This document shows positions 1 through 10,999 of a stretch of 26,559 bases of DNA, piece after piece. A program made the position numbers and the translations under genes. The stretch lies in assembly GCA_013239625.1 (NCBI GenBank), contig MU053520.1, forward strand, positions 186,001 through 212,559, written 5' to 3'. A model generated the notes under the pieces. That model did not search any database. It was not told where the DNA came from and saw only the letters and a program-made list of their open reading frames with translations. The DNA comes from Lama guanicoe. Its lineage: Eukaryota. Numbering within the stretch: position 1 is the first letter of the stretch; every line of letters begins with the position of its first letter.

Positions 1-190
1 AATATATATTGTTTACAAGGGTTTCATAGCTATATAGTAGAATTTGGGATAATTGTTACTTGTATTGATGAGAGAGGAGGTGACTGAAAAATTTTATGCA
101 CAGGGGGCTTTTAGTGTATCTTCAATTTTTAAGGTGGATAACAGGTACATAGTGTTTATTATATTTTAAATATATTTTGCATGCTTTAAA
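1..190 (+). mobile_element. Ancient L1 (L1ME-like) 3' end fragment
   Basis: gggggcttttagtgtatc...ggtggataacaggtacatagtgtttattatattttaaatatattttgcatgctttaaa resembles the recalled L1ME 3' terminus; heavily diverged. Confidence 0.55.
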
Positions 191-202
191 TAGTAGTGTC
201 TA

Positions 203-230
203 GAAAAATGAGTAACGAAAAATGAGTAAC
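203..230. repeat. Perfect 14-bp tandem duplication (gaaaaatgagtaac x2)
   Basis: Read directly: 203-216 = 217-230. Confidence 0.95.
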
Positions 231-339
231 TAAAAATAAACCTATCAAAAAAGGCCCACCACAAGTTGATCCTTGTATATTTTTCCAGGATTCCTTGTTG
301 ACAGTATACTGATGTTAACCTTCCAGTCATGATGAACTA

Positions 340-530
340 TGCACAGTTTCCTGAGCATAACACTCTTTCTTTTCCATATGGCTTATATAAGGCCACCATC
401 CTGTCCATTCACCTTACTCCTTACTCACTGTTAAGGTTCAGCTCAGAGAAGTTTTACTCCAAGATCTTTTCTTCAAAGACTTTAGTCTGAATAATGACCG
501 TATTCTGATTTATTCAAGCACCATCTCTAC
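340..530 (+). mobile_element. L2 fragment (part before the MLT1 insertion)
   Basis: actccttactcactgttaaggttcagctcaga resembles L2 tcctactcatccttcaggtctcagctcaaa. Confidence 0.55.
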
Positions 531-531
531 G

Positions 532-885
532 TGTCAGTTCTTAAGACAATAGCAGCTAACTCTTTGGTTACATTTCAAAACCAATGGAAATTGGCAGGGG
601 GGTTCTGCTCATTATAGGAACCCAGATAATGGAGGCTATGTCTGTAGCTGTGCCCTGACAGTCAGTGTGTCAGAAAGAAAGTGACAGGGTAGATCACTGT
701 CTGGCTCTTAGTACTTATAACCAGAAGTGACCAAAGTCACTACCTTCACATTCATTGACCGAAGCACTTCAAATGATCTCTACTAACTTCAAAAGTAATG
801 AGAAAGGGTAAGCCTTATGATGTGGTTAAAAGGTGAGAGTTTAATTTTGTGCCACTTGTGAAGAATCCTAATGCCCACAACTACA
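532..885 (-). mobile_element. MaLR LTR, MLT1J/K-like, inserted into L2
   Basis: ctggctctta...ccagaagtgaccaaagtcactaccttcacattcattgaccgaagca...ctaacttcaa and ggaacccagataatggaggct match the MLT1J/K reverse strand; TG...CA ends. Confidence 0.7.
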
Positions 886-1010
886 ACAGTATTTTCTGTG
901 TTGTATTATAATTAATTATTTACTCCCCTGAGCAGAATTCTTGTCTTCATCATCTCACTGTGTCTATCACCTTATACATTAGAAACAGTACTTGTAGTCT
1001 CAATAAGTGG
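886..1010 (+). mobile_element. L2 3' end (continuation after MLT1)
   Basis: tgagcagaattcttgtcttcatcatctc...acagtacttgtagtctcaataagtg is similar to the L2 3' terminus. Confidence 0.5.
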
Positions 1011-1475
1011 GCAGGAGCTCACTAAATTCTACTACTTTTAGACTGGTAATGCAGAAAGTAATGTTTGTGAGTGAACATTAGCATTTTATTATTGGCTTGT
1101 TTTCTGAAAATACCCTGCTTGATTGACTCTATAGTTATAGATACATGAATTTTCAAAGCAGATCATATTTAGTTTAGTTTTCCCACAAAGGAGGGGTAAA
1201 CTCAGCATCTATTCATTTTTATGTACATGGCAGATATTTTCTGGAAAGTGATGAATCAGGTCTGTCTTTTGGGGTGGTTTGTCCATGATCTACGGGTAGG
1301 AGAGTCAGTTTCTTCAGTTTTCTTGGTATAGATGTTCGTTGAAAAATCTACATCAGATTTTTCTAAGGTGGTTGTGAATTCAAACTCATAAGGATCTATC
1401 TGTTCTTGAAAATGGTTTACCTATTTATCATCCAAAGAGTAATGCTAATAGAAATTCAACTTTTCCTAAGACATT

Positions 1476-1508
1476 ATAATTATATATATAATTATATACA
1501 CACACACA
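1476..1508. repeat. Short (TA)n/(CA)n microsatellite
   Basis: ataattatatatataattatatacacacacaca read directly. Confidence 0.8.
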
Positions 1509-1829
1509 TTTCTTTTAATAGCAATTAATTTACTATGTTGAGAGATGAGAAGGAATACATCATGTATTATCAGGTACTTCGTTTTTTTCCTTCTTTTTCT
1601 GGAGTTATAGATCCTTTTGCATTTCACTTTTTTAACATTTTGGAGAATTTATGAAACTTGAACTAAGCACTTTTGTCACAGCTAACTGATAAGTTATGTA
1701 ACATCTTATTAAACCTAAATACTAAGCATCAATTTGTATATTGATATTGAAGGCTAAATTTGTCACCCACACTTACAAAACCACAGCACAGTTGCATCCT
1801 AAACTCTTTTAGTATTTATAAACATTTTT

Positions 1830-2682
1830 GCATATCCCCAATAATCTAGCAGTAAATCCTGTTACCTATACCTTAAAGACATAATCAGAATTAACTACTG
1901 CTCATAGTCTTCAGTGTTCTCCTGTGTGGTCCAGGCCATTATCATCTGAACTATTTCAATAGTTTCAGTGTGTTCTCTCTACAGACTATTGAGTGATTAT
2001 TCTAAAATGCAGCTCAGTAAGATTACAGTCACAACAATCATATGCTTGAAATCCTCCAAGGTCTGCCCTTCTCATTCAGAATGAAAAAACAATCCTCAGC
2101 ATGGCACTCAGGGTCCTATTTCACCTTGCTCCTGGCTAACTTCCCCACCTTCTGCCATTCTCCTGGCCTCCACTCTGCTTCCTTGTTTTCCACTCAGTGT
2201 GTAACATTTATGCTCTTGTCCTAGGGACTTTGTTCTATGTTTCTTCCCCCTAACTAGGATACTCCTCTCTGTATCAAAGGATCTCTTCCTACAATTTTTT
2301 GCCCAAGATTCACACGTTCAGAGGGGACTTCTCCCATAACAATATCTGAAATTTAAATATCAGTAAATTCTCTTTTTATCCAGCTTTCTTTTATTCCTAG
2401 CATTTATTATCACATGATATATCATACAGTTGATATATATATATATATATACACACATATATATACACATACATATATATACACACACACACACACACAT
2501 ACATATACTATATATAGATAGAAACATAAAAATAAATAAAATTATTATATGCCTGCCCTCACTAAAATAAAGATTACATAAGGCAAGGACTTTATAGTTT
2601 TGTTCACATGTACCTAGAAAACCACCAAGGACATTAGAAGTATTCAAAAATGTATGTTGAATGCATAAATGAATGGTTGAAC
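1830..2682 (+). mobile_element. L2 (L2a-like) 3' region
   Basis: ggtccaggccattatcatct; tgcttgaaatcctccaaggtctgcccttctcattcagaatgaaa; aggcaaggactttatagttttgttcac; ends in aaatgtatgttgaatgcataaatgaatg (L2 TGAA tail). Confidence 0.85.
2433..2520. repeat. Compound (TA)n/(CA)n microsatellite inside L2
   Basis: atatatatatatatatatacacacatat...acacacacacacacacacat read directly; explains the CVCVCVYI run in ORF 2360-2647. Confidence 0.95.
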
Positions 2683-3137
2683 AATTCTTGTAGAGTAGAT
2701 GGGTCAGGATGTTATTCTCAAGAATGTATTTCTCTTGATCCTTTGCACTACCATCCTTGCACTGATATCATAAATCACCATTTAAATCAATGACTGAAGT
2801 TGAAAGTGTACCAGGGATATAATTTAATTGCCAGCCCTGCCTTAATCAAGAGTCCTTCCTATGCAAAGGAAGTCAGTATCCTACTTTCCATCCTTCCTTC
2901 CTTCCATCCCCTTTCCTACTTTTTTTTTTCTATTCATTCATTATGGAAATTAAAACTCCTGTGATTATCTGGTCAGTATGACTCAAGCTGCCTTCTTGGG
3001 AATGTTCCTTTGTACTTAATAGTGCAGCATCCTGAGTTTTTAACTATAGTGTGGACATGAGTAATAGCCTGGACTATTGCTACCTCAGCACTGTGAGATG
3101 TCTTATATACCTTGCAGTTCATCAATGATTTTGAAAC

Positions 3138-3729
3138 TGTGGAAGGAAGCCAGTGGGTCAAGCTTTGGTTCTGCTTAAAATCTTGATCAAGAGAATAGGA
3201 GTAAATGATCAGACAGTAAACACATGAGGGAGAAGTTCACAGACACAAGAGTTATAGCTGATACGTGGTTTGTCCACAGCCTGATGCATTCTAAAAGGGA
3301 AGTTCACAGACACTCATGATGCAATGTCACAGTTTGGGGGAGGACCACTGACTCCTGAGTTATGAAGCATTTAATCAGCTTGATTAGGAAGGCACAAGCT
3401 CCACCTCAGCCAGCATCATCAGTAGGTTGAGTACAAGCCTTGTGGTTACAGCAGTATGTAGTGAAATTGCATCCTCTTACCCTCAGTTGCAACCCCAGTC
3501 CCTTCTCCGGCATGATCAAGTGTCTAGAACATCCTGTAGTGACTGTGGCTTTTAGCCCTGACCTGCCGTCTCAGCCTTCTACCGGGAATGACTGCCTTAA
3601 TCACTAAGTTGAATCTGGTTTCATGGAATAGACCTCATTTCCTAAAATGTTCTGTTCTGCAGGAGGCCAACTTCCCTCCCCTGGGGGATTAGTTTACAGG
3701 GGTCAGTCTTGGGCAGTTTAACCATTACA
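3138..3729 (-). mobile_element. Unassigned LTR-like segment
   Basis: GC-richer than its flanks; minus strand starts TGTAATGG and has CA termini at 3325 or 3138; ATTAAA near 3370 on minus; internal 15-bp direct repeat; no TSD seen and family not recognised. Confidence 0.35.
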
Positions 3730-3959
3730 TTTCATTTTGCTTAGTCATTTTTCTCATTTTCTTTTCTCATTTTAATTAGCTGAGGGTATGTAGGGGGCTC
3801 ATCTGGCTACAGAGAGAGGTTCCATAATGTTATCTCATCATAACTCATGTATTGCCCAGCCTGTGCTTTGTAGTATCCTTGTCTCTAAATATACTAAGCT
3901 TACCTGCATCTTATTTTTAGCTCTCTGATCTCTGGATCTTTATGTTTTTACTGAATGCA

Positions 3960-4170
3960 TGTAAATATGAAGTTCACTATGTGTGAGATACTCTTTTAAG
4001 TGCTTTATAGTTATTGCCTCATTCACCTCTGATAACCCTGGTTTAAGTATTATCATCATTATTTGGAAAATGGGAAAACTGAGACACAAAGGGCTGAAGG
4101 AAATTCCCCGTGGTTCTGCAGATAATAAGTCCATAGGCTGAGCTGATTATTTCTAACCTTAGTATCTTGC
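3960..4170 (-). mobile_element. MIR SINE
   Basis: aagtgctttatagttattgcctcattcacctc...aaatgggaaaactgagacacaaagggctgaagg is the reverse of the MIR core. Confidence 0.85.
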
Positions 4171-5158
4171 CTACTGTTTTTATTGTTATTTCATTAATTA
4201 GTTTTCCATCTAAAAAATTCATATATAAATTTAATTGTAACAACTCTACCCAGTTTAAGAAAGGTCAATTCTCTACAAAGTCCACCACAATCAATCACGA
4301 TTCTTGTCTTAAATCTCCCATCCAAATTTGGTTTTGTGAATTTACACATGGATTCCCAGATTCAGAAAAAAAAATTATTTTCCCATTAAGAAAAGATTGT
4401 GTTACCTAGGCTTAGTTTTTAGACATGTAGCTACAGTGAGATTATGAAGATTTGCTCCAACATGGTGTCACCAGTATGGAGGGAGAATAAAATACTGGAA
4501 AATACATATGTAAGACATTTCTCAAAATTAATTATTTTCTTAATTTTCCCAGAGTCCTGATGACCTGGAGAAATAGACCTAAAAACTATGTTGAAAGAAG
4601 ATAAAGATTTTACTGGCATAGTAATTCCACATTAGTTTAAAAAAATTTTTTTAGAATATGATATCTAGTTAACAATATTGGCTAAATGTCATTAAATTAT
4701 ACTCTTGATAGTAATATCTACTATTGTTATGTAGAATTTTCCAAATATGAAATCTATTTAGTATTTCTTAAAAGGTAGAGTTGCATACATTAAATTTTAA
4801 TTCATTCTTAACTAATTTCTCTTCCAGCACTGAATAAGCACAAATGTATTTTCACCATCATTGATTTCAAAGATATTAATTCAGTCACACAGTTAAGTAT
4901 TTCAATAGCTTTGATAAGAAATTTTTAAATGTTCAGCTCCCATCACTAATCTCTTCTTGATTGGAGTTTATCAAGTGTTTCTATTATATTCAAATTTATA
5001 TAGCTCAAGCAAAGTAACATAATAATCATATTGAAATAAACCTGAAATTAAATTATGATTTTAATGCCTTTGACTTCTGAAAATAAAGATAAATTAGTTT
5101 AAAATTAAATATTTAGAATTAATGTGCATATCCTACAGAGTGGTAGAGTTCTAGTAAC

Positions 5159-5670
5159 TGTTGCAGCAAAACTTTATTTGACCCGTAACTTTGGATCAAT
5201 AAAAAAGCTACATTATCCTTGTAACAAAAACGATTCTTCAGCATAGGAATTAGAGTTTTACAGAAGCCTGAATCCCATCGAAAGACCAAGCAACACTCAG
5301 AGGGTTGGAGAACTTAGGCTTATTATGCTGGCGGGCCCAAAACAGTTAACACTCCAGGCTCTGGACCCCGTCTGTAGGTTTACACGGGGTTTTAGGTTTC
5401 GATTAAGTTGGCACCATATGCACATGGATGAATCAGGAGTGAGCTTTTGGGAACCAATGGAATTTTAGGGATAAATGCAAATTAGGTGTTAGAAATGGAC
5501 CAAATAGGAATCAGCTTTGGGAACCAATTGTAAGTTTTGGTTTCCTAGAAGCAAGCTGTTTTACAGAAGCAAAAAAGTGGAGAGCAATGTTCCTGATGGA
5601 GAGGTCTTTCCCACTCCAGATAGGCATTTGGAAAGATCCTCCCATCCCTTTTGTTTAATATGGACAAACA
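5159..5670 (-). mobile_element. ERV1-type solo LTR (cetartiodactyl-like)
   Basis: TG...CA ends; gaaagaccaagcaacactcagagggttggagaacttaggcttattatgctggcgggccc...gttaacactccaggctctggacccc resembles recalled artiodactyl ERV1 LTRs; duplicated gggaaccaat blocks; several CpGs retained. Confidence 0.65.
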
Positions 5671-5944
5671 GTACTTTAAATGGTGATAACATTTAATGCC
5701 ACAATCTCTTTCTAACAGGAAAGAAATTAGACACTTCCAAGCCAGACTTTCTAAAAAGTCACCTACATGTTAATATTGCAAATTTATGAATCCTCATGAT
5801 AAAATTCATTTTAAATGACTCAATTAAAAGGTAACTTTAAATGAAATTTGAAAATCAGGTAAAATAATATATTAAAAACTGCTGTGAATGTGACGAAACA
5901 GAAAGACTTCTATTGTTCTTGACTGCTTCAGTAAATTTAATTTT

Positions 5945-8367
5945 AAATTTAAATATAGTTTATATGTTATATTACATATAATACAGTTTACATATAATAT
6001 TATATTACACTTTTCAAGTAAACTACATAAAGATTTGGCAGTTGAATATGTTATGAAATGGTCACTAGCATAATTATAGTAACCATCTATCTCCATAGAG
6101 TATCATTGATCATATTCCTAAAGGTATATATTACATGGCTATGACTTATTTATTATAAAGTTGGAAGTATATCCCTTTTAATTCTCTTTACTTCTTTCAT
6201 CCCCCCAACTTCTCTCCTTTTTGGCATCCAATCATCTGTTTTCTGTATCTATCAGTCCGTTTTCATTTTCTTTTGTTCACTTTTTAGACTCTACATATAA
6301 ATAAGATTATACACTGTTTGTCTGTGTCTGACTTTTTTTACTTAAGATAATGCACTCTAGATCTGTCCATGTCATCCACAGATAGCAAGACTTCATTTTT
6401 TAATAACTATTAATATTCAGTTCTATATAGATACCACCATATCTTTATCCATCATTCAAAGGTTTGATCTTTAATTTTTGAGGAAACTTCATATTGTTTT
6501 CCATAATGGCTGCATTGATTTGCAATCCCAACAACAGTGCAAGAAGCTTCCCTTTTCTCTGTATCCTTGCCAACACCTGCTCTTTGTATTCTTTGATGAT
6601 AATTACCCTGTCGTGTATGAGATGGTATTGTTAAGGCAACATCTCTTTAGTGATTCACTAGTAGTAAAAGCAATAGACTACAAAGATTAAAGTAGAAGAA
6701 ACAAATCCAATATGGATAACAAATCCAAATCAAGATTTATTATTCCCTATTATAGTACCTCCTTGTGGTTTGGTTTGCATTTTTGCATTTCCCATATGAT
6801 CAGTGATTATCTTTTCATGTGCTTGTTTGTCATCTGTATATCTTCTTTAGAAAAAGATCTCATCAGGTCCTCTGCTCATTTTTGCAGCTGGGTTGTTTGG
6901 TTTTTTTGATGTTGAGTTTTAATGAGTACTTTGTATCTTTTGGATACTAACCCTTTTTCAAAATATATTGTTTGCAAACACTGTCCCCCATTCAGTAGGC
7001 AGACTTTTTCTTTTGTTGATAGTTTCCTTCACTGTGCAAAAGCTTTTCAGTTTTAAGTAGTTCTGTTTGTTTATTTTTGCTTTTGTTTCCCTTTTCTGAG
7101 GAGATAGATTCATGAAAAAACACGGCTAAGGCCAATGTCAAACAGTATACTAGGTATGCTTTCTTGTATGGTTTCAGATGTTACATTTAAGTCTTTAATC
7201 CATTTTGAGTTTATTTTTGCATATGGTGTGAGGGAGTAGTCCAGTCTGAGTCTTTTTCATATAGCTCTCCAGTTTTACCACACCATTTATTGAAGAGCCT
7301 GTCTTTTGCTCACTGTATATACTTGCCTCCTTTGTCATAGACTAATTGATCACATAAGTGTGGGTTTAATTCTGGGCTCTCTATTTTGTTCCATTGTTCT
7401 CCATGCCTGTTTTTGTGCAAGTATCATACTATTTTGATGACTGTATCTTTGTAGTATAGTTTGAAATCAGGGAGTGAGATACCTCCAGTTTTGTTCTTCT
7501 TTCTCAAGATTGTTCTAGCTATTCAAGGTATTTTGTATTTCTGCACAAATTTTAGGATTCTTTGTTCCGGTTCTGTGAAAAATACCATTAACTTTTTAAT
7601 AGTAGGGACTGCATTGAATCTGTAGATTGCCTTGGGTGGTACGGTCATTTTAACAATATTGGTACTTCCAATCCATGAGCAGGACATATCTTTCCATTTG
7701 TTTGTGTTGTCTTCACATTATCAGTGTCATAGTTTTTCGAGTACCAACTGTTCACCTTCCTTGTTAGATTTATTTCTTGGTATTTTATTATCTTTGATGT
7801 GGTTGCAAATTGTATTGTTTTCTTTCTGATAGCTTGTTGTAACTTTATAGAAATACAACAGGTTTCTGTGTATTAATTTTGTGTCTTGCAATTTTACTGA
7901 ATTCTTTATTAGTCTTTAAGATTTTCTACATATAGAGTCATATCAGCTGCAAACAGTGACAGTTTTATTTCTTCCTTTCCAATTTGCCTACCTTTTATAT
8001 TCTTTTTTTAACTGATTGCTCTGGTTAGGATTTTCAGTAATACGTTGAATAAAAGTTGTGAGAGTGGCCATTCTTATCTTGTTCTTGATCTTAGAAGAAA
8101 CGCTTTTAGCTATTTACTGTGGAGTATGATGTTGGTTGCAGGTTTGTTATATATGGCCTTTACTGTGTTGAATTATGTACCCCCTATACCCACTGTGTTG
8201 AGAATTTTTTACTCATAAATAGATGTTCAATTTTGTCAAAAGCTTTTCATGCATCTATTGAGATGGCCATATTTTTTTTACTCTTTAATGTATTAATATG
8301 GTGTATCACATTTATTGATGTTTGGATATTGCAACATTTTTGCATTCCAGAGATAAATCTCACTTAA
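5945..8367 (-). mobile_element. 5'-truncated L1: 3' UTR plus 3' part of ORF2, degraded (L1MA9/laurasiatherian-type)
   Basis: Classic antisense L1 text: ttttgaggaaacttcatattgttttccataatggctgc, gtctttaatccattttgagtttatttttgc, caccatttattgaagag, gcattgaatctgtagattgccttggg, gttgaataaaagttgtgagagtggccattc; internal deletions. Confidence 0.95.
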
Positions 8368-8409
8368 TTCTGTATTTTATCAGTGTGTATAGTTTTAATT
8401 AATAAGTGG

Positions 8410-8595
8410 TCAGTGTTTGGGCTAGATACTGGTACATGCAGTACCTCATTTACTAATCAAAATAACAGAATATGATAGATATTACAATACTCATTTCAAA
8501 ATTGTGGAGCAATTTTTGTTTATTGCCCAAGATGGGGGTAAGGCTAAGTTTTGAATCTTGGTTCCTGGATTAAAATTCCTGTTCTCTTTGTATTT
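8410..8595 (-). mobile_element. Degraded MIR
   Basis: acatgcagtacctcatttact...attgcccaag...ggctaagttttgaatcttggttcctggattaaaattcctgttctctt. Confidence 0.5.
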
Positions 8596-9364
8596 TCTCT
8601 GTTATCTCAAAACATTAAATAGAAGAAACTTTATTCCTAAAAATGTAGAGAGCCTCTTTAGGCTCTCCAGTGAAGGGGCAGGGAGAGAACAGAGAGGGAC
8701 ATTATTATGTATTCAGCAGTAGGCTCAGATAAAGGAACTGCAGCTGCACACCTGAGATAGCAGTGCCTTAGATTTAGTGATTTAGCACAAAACAGAGCTA
8801 GTCAAGAAAACACTGTGATTGAAGTCTGTGATGAGACAGTAATAAGAGAAATTTTGGTTGCCATGACTCTTTTTACTACCTAAAATCTATGATTACTTTC
8901 CCAAATGCTAAACCAGTAATCCATAAAAAACTAAGTTAGGGAATAAAACATTAATGTCTCAAATGTGACACATTTTAGGCTATTTCCAATTATTGAGTGG
9001 TCTTAACACTTTGTCATTCTGAATTTCAAAGTCTTGGATTAAGGTTTAACAGAAGACCATGCCCAACCATGAAGAACATTGTTTTTTCATATTATTTTGT
9101 TATTTTGAGAACAGCATTTGCATATTGTTTATAAATGTTTCTGATGTTCTATTTTTAACCTGTTTTTTTTTTTCAGCCTCTTCAGGCACAGGAAATAAGG
9201 CTGTTTTTATTGACAAAGGAGGTTCAATGGAGTGATATTCTCAACTCTACGTGTTTCTGACCTGATGTCTCCATCCCAAAATTCAAGGTCTCACTCCTTC
9301 CTCATCAATGCCTTAACTAAAGCATGATTGACTTGGTAAACCTAGGAATTCAATGAATGTAAAT

Positions 9365-9812
9365 AAGCACATAATTTATTTATAAGTACTCCAAAACTGA
9401 AAACAACATGGATTTCCCTCATTTGGTGAATGGTAAAATGACCTGTAGTTAATTTGTACAATCAAGTATCACTCAGCAATAAAAGAACCAATTATTAACA
9501 CATGCAATACCATGGATTAATCTCAGCTTCATCAGGCTAAGTGAAAGGAACCAAACTCAAAATGTTACATAGTATATAAATGTATTTATGTAATATTTTG
9601 AAAAAGTAAAACTTTAGGAACAGAAAACAGACAAGGTTTTGCCAGGGGTTAGAAGCAGGAAGTGGTATATTGTCTAAAAAATGACTATAGGGTATTGGGG
9701 GAAGTGGGGAAAGAACTGCTCTATATCTTGATTGTGGAACTGGTTACAGGGTTGTATGTGGTTATTAGCACTCACAGAACTGAACACCTAAATAATCAAC
9801 TTTATGTAAGTG
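9365..9812 (+). mobile_element. L1ME-like 3' end
   Basis: ccaaaactgaaaacaac...actcagcaataaaag...acacatgcaataccatggattaatctca...ctaagtgaaagg...ctatatcttgattgtgg...actcacagaactgaacaccta. Confidence 0.85.
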
Positions 9813-9814
9813 TC

Positions 9815-10618
9815 CATTTCATTAAGCAAAATTTAAATTTCCACAAAGAGATACTCCCATACAGCCAGTGAAATAGCTAAAATTAAAATGATTGTTAATA
9901 CCAATTGTTATTGAGAATGTGGAACAAGGAGAACTCTCAGATATTTCTATTAGTAATGTAAAACAGTACAATCCATTGAAAAAATAGTTTGACACTTTCT
10001 GATAAAGTTAAAGACAATTATCATATAGCATAGAATTTTTAAACCTAGGTATTCACCCAAGAGAAATAAAAACATTTTCATACACAAGAACTTGGAGAAC
10101 AATCTTCATAATTGCTTTATTCAGTATAACTTGAAATTGGAAACAATGCAAATGTCCATCAATGACTGGATGGATTGTCAAAATATGATATATTCAGTAA
10201 ATGGACTACTTCTCAGGAATATAAATGTACAAACTAGTAATATACACAACAACATGAATGACTCTCAAAACATTATGCTGATTGAAGCAAGGCAGCCATA
10301 AAAGTAAATCTTGCTCTTTTCATTTGAAACTCTGTTGCTTTTTCCTTGGAATTCAAGGCAAGACAATTTTAGATTATAATTATAGAAAACATACATGTGT
10401 TTCCTTGGTTGTGAATAGTTTGGGAAATTGGATGAAAAAGGGAATGAGAAGAACTTTTTGGATGACAGAAATCTGTATTTTTATTTGGGTGTTAATTGCA
10501 TGGTTGTTTTATAAAATTTATTTGGGTGTTAATTGAATGGTTGTTTTATCAAAATTATTTAGTAATATCCTTAAAATTGATTTAGTTTATTGTATGCACA
10601 TTGTACTACAATAATAAA
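9815..10618 (+). mobile_element. Second L1ME-like fragment (ORF2 C-terminus plus 3' UTR)
   Basis: atagctaaaattaaaatga...gagaatgtggaacaaggagaactctca...cctaggtattcacccaagagaaataaaaaca...ggaaacaatgcaaatgtccatcaa...tttattgtatgcacattgtactacaataataaa. Confidence 0.9.
10480..10554. repeat. 37/38-bp tandem duplication inside L1ME
   Basis: tttatttgggtgttaattgcatggttgttttataaaa followed by tttatttgggtgttaattgaatggttgttttatcaaaa (one substitution, one insertion). Confidence 0.92.
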
Positions 10619-10999
10619 TATACTAGCTATATAATGTGAGTGTTCCCAAAATAAATATTATAAATATTGCTCATTGGTTGATGTTACGGCTAGAGTGCTT
10701 GTTAGAAACAAATACATAACAGATCTGAAAGATAATTTCTGACTTTTGGTAATTTATAGTATGCAAACCAATTCTATTAGAACATTTCACAAAGAAACAT
10801 CAAAATACATTGTGGAAATAAATCAAGAGTAGATTCAACCAGCTGCCACATTGAGAAGTATATGAAAGTAGTAATATTTGTTTTAGCATTAGTAAAAAGA
10901 GTAAAAAGATAAACTAGAAAACATCAAAATTCAGAGTGTGACTAAAATAGGCTTATTTGTTAAAAAAATCAATACAGTATAGAGTAATTTAAATAAATT

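Noticed and set aside
3904..3950. Minus-strand 47-nt exon candidate ending in cag|gtaagc
   Set aside because: Stop codons occur in all three frames and the acceptor is weak; there is no supporting context.
6478..8367. Hydrophobic + strand ORFs as membrane proteins
   Set aside because: They are antisense translations of A-rich L1 ORF2.
9150..9260. Strong-looking acceptor tttttaacctgtttttttttttcag at 9176
   Set aside because: No convincing downstream donor or recognisable peptide; T-runs followed by CAG are common in AT-rich DNA.
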